From contig JBNAVJ010000007.1 of the NCBI GenBank assembly GCA_049700455.1, positions 70,397-94,396 on the forward strand: a stretch of 24,000 nucleotides of DNA, given 5' to 3'. Below are positions 17,639 through 24,000 of this stretch, piece by piece. The stretch is from Ignavibacteria bacterium (GTDB lineage Bacteria > Bacteroidota > Ignavibacteria > Tepidaquicellales > Tepidaquicellaceae). The notes beneath the pieces are model-generated. The model worked only from the letters and a program-made list of their open reading frames with translations. It was not told the origin of the DNA and did not search any database. The stretch's first letter is position 1, and each line of letters begins with the position of its first letter. Position numbers and translations under genes: made by a program.

Positions 17639-18985
17639 TTACGGTTTATTAATGTCTGTTCTCCCTATCCAATTATAATCATCAAATGAACTAAAAAGTT
17701 CCTGAAATATCTTATAGTAATAATATTCCTCTTTTGAATTAATTTCCCATCCGTTTTTCAATACACGATTTTTTCTAAAATCTTCATCTTTAATTATCTC
17801 GTTACAGTAATATTCAAGTTTATTCTCAACTCCACTACCCTGCCACAATTTCTGCTTTGGTCGCTTAATAATATAGATTGGTAATATGTGTTTAAGGGTC
17901 TCTTTTAAAATCCATTTCTCGGTTTTATTCTTAATTTTAAGTTGAGGACTAATATTTTTTACATAATCTACTACTTCCCTGCATAAAAAAGGGACATAAG
18001 TTCTCACACCAAAAGCTGCCGAACATCTATCAACCCGTTGCAATGCGGTATTGTGTAAATTATAAAATATCAATTGAAGTTCTTTTTCTAACTTTTTGTA
18101 TGTAAGTTTCTGTAAGTAATAATATCCTGCAAAAAGTTCGTCAGCACCTTCACCAGAAAGGATTGCCTCAACATATTCAGCAGCCTTACGTACTGCAAGA
18201 TAATGTATCAGACTTGATCTTATAAGCCTCGCATCGAAAGACTCAAGGTGATAAATTACCTGAGGTAAAATCTTTACAACTTCATTAATTTCAGCTTTAA
18301 TTGGGTAATAAGTAATTTCAAACTCTTTTGCAAGTCTTTTACTATACTCCAGATCGCTTGCTCCAGCAAAACCGCACGAAAATCCATAAATTTTATCTGT
18401 AAATTTGCGAGCAAATGCTACTATTGTGCTTGAATCAAGTCCCCGCGATAATAAAATTCCTATTGGTTTTTCATTAGTAATACATTTCCTTATTGAATCT
18501 TCAAGCAAGCTATAGAGTCGGCTTTTTATCTGTTCAATATCTTCCTGGTTATATTTTAATGTCCTGAATATATCTAACAGCTTTTTAACTTTGCCCTTAA
18601 CAATTACCCCGCCCGGCGGGACGGGTCTAACATTTTTAACAAAGCCCATCAACCCTTTAACTTCAGACGCAAAATAAAGGTTATTTTCCTCATCATATCC
18701 AAAATATATGGGCACAACCCCAGCAAAGTCACGATTTAGATTAATCGTACCATCGATTTCTTCTGCTTTAGCATAATGTTCTCCGGGCAAGAGTTCATCA
18801 ATAACTTTATATTTGTTTGTTGGGTTTTCTCGAATGCTGTTTTCTGCCGTATTAACTGATACACCCAGTGTGGAGTGAGAAGTAGAAAATACTTCAATTT
18901 TGTTCCACCGATGTTTCATTTTGGTTAACATTGAACTAACAAGTTCTCCTCTATCAGGAAGTGAAACACCCGCTATTGCACCCAT
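17639..18985 (-). CDS. Asparagine-synthetase-B-family adenylating enzyme (beta-lactam-synthetase-like paralogue); glutaminase nucleophile absent
   Basis: 448-aa ORF. The C-terminal synthetase domain has a PP-loop region ILLSRGLDSST (canonical SGGLDSS), plus LSGEGADELFAGY and later blocks. The N-terminal Ntn domain is shortened. It begins MGAIAG instead of MCGIxG and keeps RDFAGVVPIYFGYDEENNLYFASEVKGL. The start lies 2 nt after the stop of the upstream gene. Confidence 0.8.
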   Translation of the reverse strand: MGAIAGVSLPDRGELVSSMLTKMKHRWNKIEVFSTSHSTLGVSVNTAENSIRENPTNKYKVIDELLPGEHYAKAEEIDGTINLNRDFAGVVPIYFGYDEENNLYFASEVKGLMGFVKNVRPVPPGGVIVKGKVKKLLDIFRTLKYNQEDIEQIKSRLYSLLEDSIRKCITNEKPIGILLSRGLDSSTIVAFARKFTDKIYGFSCGFAGASDLEYSKRLAKEFEITYYPIKAEINEVVKILPQVIYHLESFDARLIRSSLIHYLAVRKAAEYVEAILSGEGADELFAGYYYLQKLTYKKLEKELQLIFYNLHNTALQRVDRCSAAFGVRTYVPFLCREVVDYVKNISPQLKIKNKTEKWILKETLKHILPIYIIKRPKQKLWQGSGVENKLEYYCNEIIKDEDFRKNRVLKNGWEINSKEEYYYYKIFQELFSSFDDYNWIGRTDINKP

Positions 18986-18987
18986 AG

Positions 18988-20631
18988 TTATTTATTGATG
19001 ATTATTTGTTTAAGACGTTTTTCTTCAGAGAGTATTTCTCCTGTTTCAGGATCGATAGCGTACCAGGCACCATTGATAAGATTTGTTTTGATATTGCCAC
19101 ATAAATGTTCGTTGCCACGAAAATGTGGCGTGTCAAGTATACCTATTTTAATAGCATCAGCAAGAACCCCTGCATCAGTTAAGGGATCTTCAGCTCTTCC
19201 ATCTCCCAATTTTACAATAGCCTCAATTAAGGTCTCGGCTTCAGATATTAATTCATTTTTTCTATTTATTATTAATTTGTCATCTTTAATATCAGGTAGA
19301 TCTCTCGCAACATTTTTAATAACTCCATAAACAATATTGCAACTTTCTATAAGTTCCTCCGGATAAACAGCATGGTCGCCTTCACAATAAGCTACTACAT
19401 GTAATATGTGCGGTTTCAACCATAGACTTACCATTGCTGATGCTGCAAGTTGCCCCTTTGCGATTTCCGGATTCGGTGAAAAATGAGCGATTCCAGCTCT
19501 AACTTCTCTAAAAACTTCAAAATCATTACTGCTTAGTCGATTTATCATTTCATCCTTTGCCTTCATCTTAGCAAGGTCCATTCTTGGAGAAGTTCCTGGA
19601 GGAGTGTTAAACATATATTGTGAGACATAGTGTTTAACTCCCACTTTCTTTGCATTATAAGCAGCTATGTAAGCCATTGCAACAGCCAGCGAATCATGGG
19701 CATCTCTCAAACTCCACTGATGAGACTCATTAACTTCAACCGGAATTCTTCGTTCAGCATAATATTTCATTACTCGTTGGTTCTCAGAAATAGCTTCTTT
19801 AAGTAACCTCTCAGAACGTTTATCCATTACGCTATACCAGGTTAGAGGTATAGCAGCCCAGGCATTATTTATTGTTTCAATACTCATTTTCGCCCATTTC
19901 ATCAGGTCGTTTGTGCCACTATAGCATCTCATTAAAGGGAAATTTCCTGTTCGTGATTCTTCATAGATTCTCTTTAAATCCTCTGGTGTTCGTACAGGTA
20001 CTCCTCCAGCCCCATCAAGTTCCTTTCTCATCCGTTCAGGTTTGAAGAAAAATTCCTGTGCATTTTGATCAGTTCCAAGTGAAATTACATCAAGGACTTT
20101 TGCTTCAGCAATTTTTTTGACACCTTCTATTGTTTCTCTTAAAGAGGGTCTTCCAAAATGATGCCTTAAAATCGGGAGTGGATAGCGGTTGCGTATTCTT
20201 TCTACCAATGTTTGAGGATAAGTTTGACTGACATCTTTTCCAGTGGTGCCCCTAAGATATTCCCTTATAGAATCAATGCTTTCGGTTCCATCAAATACTT
20301 TCTCAAAGAAGGATTTTTTTCCTGCTACTTTTGCTACTGATGGCGTCCCTCCAAATATAAATTTAATATTGTTAATGCTTCTTTTCTTAACCTCCTTTAT
20401 CAATTCATCAAAGAGTGTTTCAGCAACTGAAGGAGTAAGGCGATAACTAATTGCTACAATTGCTGGTTGTAATTTTTCAACTTCTAAAACTAACCTACTA
20501 ACTTTCACAGCCGGACCAAGAGAGTACGTCCTAAAACCTTCTTCTTCAGCAATCGAAAGAAAATGATTTAAACCCCCTATATGGACACAGTTACCCAGTG
20601 CACATCCAAGTATTAGTTTGTTACCTTTCAT
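18988..20631 (-). CDS. Fusion protein: N-terminal cobalamin(B12)-binding domain + C-terminal glutamate-mutase epsilon (methylaspartate mutase E)-like barrel; putative B12-dependent carbon-skeleton mutase of unknown substrate
   Basis: 547-aa ORF. Residues 1-~130 match the MutS/GlmS B12-binding domain motif for motif and with almost the same spacing: xxHxxG (CVHIGG, His17), S-x-L (ISYRL, ~62) and GG (IFGGT, 94-95). In my recollection of Clostridium MutS these fall at His16, SSL 61-63 and GG 91-92. The remainder shows collinear blocks with GlmE: ILRHHFGRPSLRETIEGVKKI~QPRAGVALLDEHIELLRYL, VLDVISLGTDQNAQE~GADFLPSTIDAYTRQ and FPLMRCYSGTND~LPLQARHGTPD. There is no CxxxCxxC motif, so it is not a B12-radical-SAM enzyme. 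Confidence 0.6.
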   Translation of the reverse strand: MKGNKLILGCALGNCVHIGGLNHFLSIAEEEGFRTYSLGPAVKVSRLVLEVEKLQPAIVAISYRLTPSVAETLFDELIKEVKKRSINNIKFIFGGTPSVAKVAGKKSFFEKVFDGTESIDSIREYLRGTTGKDVSQTYPQTLVERIRNRYPLPILRHHFGRPSLRETIEGVKKIAEAKVLDVISLGTDQNAQEFFFKPERMRKELDGAGGVPVRTPEDLKRIYEESRTGNFPLMRCYSGTNDLMKWAKMSIETINNAWAAIPLTWYSVMDKRSERLLKEAISENQRVMKYYAERRIPVEVNESHQWSLRDAHDSLAVAMAYIAAYNAKKVGVKHYVSQYMFNTPPGTSPRMDLAKMKAKDEMINRLSSNDFEVFREVRAGIAHFSPNPEIAKGQLAASAMVSLWLKPHILHVVAYCEGDHAVYPEELIESCNIVYGVIKNVARDLPDIKDDKLIINRKNELISEAETLIEAIVKLGDGRAEDPLTDAGVLADAIKIGILDTPHFRGNEHLCGNIKTNLINGAWYAIDPETGEILSEEKRLKQIIINK

Positions 20632-20642
20632 TTTTGTATAAA

Positions 20643-21752
20643 TTATATTTCCCCAATAGCTAATAGCCTTAATTGTTTCAAACTCAATTTATTGATATTA
20701 AGTCTTTCCACTGTCCTGCCTTCTTTCCAATAATCAGTCTGAGTTAAACAGGATGCCAGATTAATTATAGAATCAATAATTGGTGTCTCAACATTAAACT
20801 TCCTCCCAACAGAAGAAATCGGTATCAAACTTGTCGGGACATCTTCCGTAATAAATCTCATATTTAACCTTGTAGGAGCTTTTATATCCCTATATCCTGG
20901 ATTTGCTTGCATTGCCTCGTATAAGTGTTCTCCTGCTGCATTATAAGCAAGATATAACCATTCCCGGGCTGTCAGAGCTCTAATACCAAGCGCCTCAGCA
21001 ACTTTGACTCTTTCTTCATCAATCTTTTCCAGGACTTTAGCAACAGACCTTGATACACCCTGAACATAAAATTGAAATTCAGCATCGTCTTCAATCCATC
21101 CTGCATTCAAGACGCACAAAGCAGGATGAAAAACAGCTCCAATATTATCAAAACTTGTTTTAAAAATATTATCACCCGCCACAAACTGAGGGTATGCAAT
21201 TCTGATTCTCTTTAGAACTTCAGGAATCAAATGCGCCCGAACAGAAGCAACAGGAATACTGTTTTTTATACGAAAAATCTTTGCTTGAGCAGGACCAATT
21301 ACGCGGGAAGCGTAAATAAATGTTTGTGCCTCAGCAACTATCACATTCCTGTCAACATTATGAGAATTTAACACTTGTTGAAATTCTAAAGCACCAAATG
21401 TTCTCCCTGGATTTAATATTATAATTTGTCCATCCTCTAAATAAGGATAACATAGCTCTGCAATATCTCGATGCCCCGTTGCAGGAACAGCAACCATTAT
21501 AATATCTACACCAGTAATAGCCTCCTCTATATTTGTTGTAGCAACAGGAATTTTACCAAAACCTTCAAGCCCAAAATCACTTTCAATTCTCACACCCCCC
21601 ATTGAAATTACACCCCACAACCGTTCACTGGTTCGGTTAAAAAGATGCACCTCAAACCCCATTAAAGCTATGTGACCTGCCATAGCTAACCCCCCATGCC
21701 CAGCACCTATAACAGCAAATTTAGGTTTCTTTTTTGATGAGACTCTCTCCAT
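20643..21752 (-). CDS. Opine dehydrogenase-family NAD(P)H oxidoreductase (octopine/nopaline DH family; N-(1-carboxyalkyl)-amino-acid forming)
   Basis: 369-aa ORF with an N-terminal Rossmann motif FAVIGAGHGGLAMAGHIALMG. By recollection it is collinear with Arthrobacter N-(1-D-carboxyethyl)-L-norvaline dehydrogenase: IIILNPG..GALEF, the conserved catalytic-region His in NIGAVFHPA, and the C-terminal block NPGYRDIKAP.RLN.RF..EDVPT.L.P.S..GR...V.TP.ID....L.S......D...EGRT.E.L. A strong SD GGGAGG lies 4 nt before the ATG. Confidence 0.85.
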   Translation of the reverse strand: MERVSSKKKPKFAVIGAGHGGLAMAGHIALMGFEVHLFNRTSERLWGVISMGGVRIESDFGLEGFGKIPVATTNIEEAITGVDIIMVAVPATGHRDIAELCYPYLEDGQIIILNPGRTFGALEFQQVLNSHNVDRNVIVAEAQTFIYASRVIGPAQAKIFRIKNSIPVASVRAHLIPEVLKRIRIAYPQFVAGDNIFKTSFDNIGAVFHPALCVLNAGWIEDDAEFQFYVQGVSRSVAKVLEKIDEERVKVAEALGIRALTAREWLYLAYNAAGEHLYEAMQANPGYRDIKAPTRLNMRFITEDVPTSLIPISSVGRKFNVETPIIDSIINLASCLTQTDYWKEGRTVERLNINKLSLKQLRLLAIGEI

Positions 21753-21774
21753 ATTCCCTCCCGTAATTTATCAT

Positions 21775-21803
21775 AATCTAAAATAATTTTATTAAAATGG
21801 CAA
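21775..21803 (-). promoter_or_regulatory. Candidate promoter of the opine-DH/mutase/AsnB-like/Trx-like operon
   Basis: The minus strand reads TTGCCA (21803-21798; 5 of 6 match to TTGACA), a 17-nt spacer, then TAGATT (21780-21775; 4 of 6). This lies about 22 nt upstream of the ATG and just before the GGGAGG SD. It sits in the 273-nt divergent region shared with scpA. Confidence 0.35.
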
Positions 21804-22025
21804 GAATAAGAAGAGAAGTTTTTTATAAAGTCTCTGTACCCTAATATGTTAATTCAAATCAATAAACTTTATTTATAACTTATATATTAGATTACTTGAA
21901 CAAAATTAGCATAAGGCTATGTTTAGATACAACAACTTAAATATTTCAATAAATAAAACTAAAATTTTGTCTGATATGCTTTTCTGAATTTAAATTGTAG
22001 TCTGCATTTGTTATCTTAATACTTT

Positions 22026-22814
22026 ATGGATTTAGGAGACAACAACATTAAGGAAGTGCTTGAGGAGTCAACACAAAAATCAAGCCCAAAAGATTATTGG
22101 GCACAACTTGATGAATTTCAGGGCCCTCTCGATATACTTTTACATTTTGTAAAAGAGGAAGAACTTAACATTTATGATATACCAATTGCAAAAATTACAA
22201 AAGATTTTCTGGATTATATTGATTATATGCATTCTCTCGACATTGAGGTTGCTGGCGAATTTTTGCTTATGGCTTCTGAACTAATGAAAATCAAGGCACG
22301 AATGCTTTTACCACGCGAAGAGGAAGGCGACAAAGAAATCGAAGAAGATCCAAGATTAACTCTGGTTCGTAAGTTGTTAGAATATAAGAGATTCAAGGAT
22401 GTAAGTCTTGAGTTATCATTATTGGAAGATAATGCACGAAAACAATATTTTCGAGGGTTTTATAAATACGACGAAAAATTTTATGAATATAATGTAACCG
22501 AAGATTATAGTCTAAAAAATCTTACTATTTATAATCTCATTTCTAATCTTAAGCAAACTCTTCTAAATCTTAAACCGGGAACCATACACCCCATTGAACT
22601 ACTTACTGTTACCCCTGACATTCAGAGAGAATTCCTGATAGAATTCTTGCAGAAAAGAAGTGAAATAGATTTTTCAGAACTTATAGCCCAAATGGATGAA
22701 AAACTTTTGATTATTTGTACTTTTCTTGCAATACTGCAACTTGCTCTTGATGGGTTCTTGAAAATTGAGATTCTTGATAAACCAACAAACTTTAAAATAG
22801 TACGTTTTACCTGA
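22026..22814 (+). CDS. scpA: Segregation and condensation protein A (SMC kleisin)
   Basis: 262-aa ORF. The hallmark N-terminus is LDEFQGPLDILLHFVKEEELNIYDIPIAKIT..FL.Y, followed by GEFLLMASELMKIKARMLLP. The C-terminal winged-helix region is present. Confidence 0.9.
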   Translation: MDLGDNNIKEVLEESTQKSSPKDYWAQLDEFQGPLDILLHFVKEEELNIYDIPIAKITKDFLDYIDYMHSLDIEVAGEFLLMASELMKIKARMLLPREEEGDKEIEEDPRLTLVRKLLEYKRFKDVSLELSLLEDNARKQYFRGFYKYDEKFYEYNVTEDYSLKNLTIYNLISNLKQTLLNLKPGTIHPIELLTVTPDIQREFLIEFLQKRSEIDFSELIAQMDEKLLIICTFLAILQLALDGFLKIEILDKPTNFKIVRFT

Positions 22815-23648
22815 TTGGAAACGCCAGGAATAAAAAATATAGTCGAAGCTATTTTGTTTGCATCAGAAAATGAAATGACACTCAAAGAGATTAAAGATAT
22901 TCTTGATGCAATGAAAATTGATATTACCCTGACTGAAATTGAACAATATATTAACATATTAAATCAGGAGTACGATAAAAACAATAATGCATTTCATATT
23001 ATCGATATTGCGGGAGGATATCAGTTTGCCACAAGGAAACAATATGCAGGTTTTATAGGTAAACTACATACAGAAGCGCATAGGAAAAAACTTTCACCAT
23101 CAGCACTTGAGACTCTGGCAATAATAGCTTACAAGCAACCAATAACTCGTGCTGAAATTGAATTTATTCGGGGAGTTAATGTTGATTATATTGTAAACTC
23201 CCTTCTTGAAAGGGACTTGATAACAATAAAAGGGCGCGCACAGGGACCTGGCAGGCCTATACTTTATGGTACTACAAATAACTTTCTGAAAGTACTTGGT
23301 TTAAACTCCCTTGATGACTTACCTCGTCTACGTGAAATAAATGAAATTCTTAAGGAAGATAAAATTGAAGGCATTACCGAAGAAGATATTGATTTATTTA
23401 ATTCAATAAATTACCCTAAGGTAACTGAACCAGAGGATTTACTAAATAAAGAATCTAATGAAAGTCAGACACAGGAAAGGACAGGTGCAACATTACTTAC
23501 TCTATCATACGAAGAGGAAAACGCCATTAATGCTACAAGTACCACCTCGGAACAGAACAATCAACCATCAGGAACTAATAATAATATAACAGAAGAAAAA
23601 AACAACTTAGAAAATATCTCTGGAGAATCTAACAGAAAGGATGAATAG
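22815..23648 (+). CDS. scpB: Segregation and condensation protein B, with a long low-complexity C-terminal tail
   Basis: 277-aa ORF with IVEAILFASENEMTLKEI and S.SALETLAIIAYKQPITRAEIEFIRGVNVDYIVNSLLERDLI. The start is TTG at 22815, directly abutting the scpA TGA (TGATTG). The last ~90 aa are Asn/Ser/Thr/Glu-rich. Confidence 0.88.
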   Translation: METPGIKNIVEAILFASENEMTLKEIKDILDAMKIDITLTEIEQYINILNQEYDKNNNAFHIIDIAGGYQFATRKQYAGFIGKLHTEAHRKKLSPSALETLAIIAYKQPITRAEIEFIRGVNVDYIVNSLLERDLITIKGRAQGPGRPILYGTTNNFLKVLGLNSLDDLPRLREINEILKEDKIEGITEEDIDLFNSINYPKVTEPEDLLNKESNESQTQERTGATLLTLSYEEENAINATSTTSEQNNQPSGTNNNITEEKNNLENISGESNRKDE

Positions 23649-23650
23649 TT

Positions 23651-24000
23651 ATGGCACAGCAATCCAATAACTCAAATTTGATGAGACTAAACAGGTTTAT
23701 TAGCAATTACACAAAATTAAGTAGGCGCAAAGCTGATGAATATATAAGAGAAGGAAGAATAACTATTAATAATATTACTGTTTCTGACTTTGGGATTAAG
23801 ATTGACCCCAAAAAAGATGTGGTGGCAGTGGATGGTGAAGTAATCAAAGCTAAAAGGAGAAAAAATATATATATTGTTCTTTACAAACCCGAGAAAACCC
23901 TCACTACTGTAAAAGACAATAAAGGTCGAACAACAGTCCTTGATTTTATCGATATTAAAGAAAAAATTTTCCCTATTGGGAGACTTGATTATGAGACAAC
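23651..24000 (+). CDS. rluB: Pseudouridine synthase, RsuA/RluB family (partial; C-terminus lies outside the window)
   Basis: The ATG at 23651 opens MAQQSNNSNLMRLNRFISNYTKLSRRKADEYIREGRITINN (S4 RNA-binding domain). It continues to YIVLYKPEKTLTTVKDNKGRTTVLDFI and the catalytic-Asp motif PIGRLDYET. scpA-scpB-rluB synteny is common. It is absent from the ORF track because it is truncated. Confidence 0.75.
   Translation, partial: MAQQSNNSNLMRLNRFISNYTKLSRRKADEYIREGRITINNITVSDFGIKIDPKKDVVAVDGEVIKAKRRKNIYIVLYKPEKTLTTVKDNKGRTTVLDFIDIKEKIFPIGRLDYET

Noticed and set aside
17639-18985. The idea that the AsnB-like gene is a lasso-peptide cyclase (McjC-type), marking a RiPP cluster.
   Set aside because: No transglutaminase-like leader protease, RRE protein or plausible short precursor ORF is adjacent. 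The protein also keeps a remnant of the N-terminal AsnB domain. The neighbours are small-molecule enzymes instead.
21797-21844. A 15-codon plus-strand ORF (MARIRREVFYKVSVP) in the divergent region between the operon and scpA, and a 9-codon ORF at 17183-17212.
   Set aside because: They are too short, have no SD, and I have no way to assess conservation. They are indistinguishable from chance in AT-rich intergenic DNA.
1020-22957. Other antisense ORFs in the track: 1020-1202, 2680-2898, 3114-3326, 13782-13979, 13916-14122, 14251-14481, 14882-15094, 18995-19330, 20243-20446 and 22622-22957.
   Set aside because: Each is fully nested opposite a CDS with clear family motifs. None has a start context, an SD or a recognisable domain. 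I treat them as non-coding.
1-24000. CRISPR arrays, rRNA genes, IS elements, toxin-antitoxin pairs and classical defence-system genes.
   Set aside because: I found no regularly spaced direct repeats and no rRNA-like conserved segments. No transposase/integrase motifs and no nuclease/ATPase defence-type ORFs appeared on either strand.

Overview
Low-GC (roughly mid-30s %) bacterial chromosomal window. It is probably from an FCB-group organism (Bacteroidota/Ignavibacteriota/Chlorobiota-like), because the 285-aa sigma factor is the short Bacteroides-type primary sigma. About 17 kb (4762-21752) is one uninterrupted run of minus-strand genes. The core is a fused str/S10 ribosomal cluster: rpsL-rpsG-fusA-tRNA-Ile(UAU)-tuf-rpsJ-rplC-rplD-rplW. 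It stops after rplW and runs into rpoD instead of rplB. Upstream on the same strand lie yigZ, pcm, cdaA and an OPA-family MFS transporter. Beyond those is the most unusual part of the window, a tightly packed 4-gene operon (17291-21752). It encodes an opine-dehydrogenase-family enzyme, a fused B12-binding/glutamate-mutase-E-like protein, an AsnB-family enzyme that lacks the glutaminase Cys and carries an altered PP-loop, and a small monothiol thioredoxin-fold protein. I know of no characterised pathway with this combination and flag it as a candidate new small-molecule (modified opine/amino-acid amide) system. The left 6 kb is accessory-like. It holds the rdgB 3' end, an alpha/beta hydrolase, a cupin, a TPR protein, an M13 peptidase and a eukaryote-like sphingolipid delta-4 desaturase, interleaved with two tRNA-Arg genes and one decayed tRNA-Arg copy. 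The right end carries scpA-scpB-rluB. I saw no CRISPR array, transposase, integrase or rRNA. All homology statements come from reading motifs and recalling family sequences, not from computed searches.
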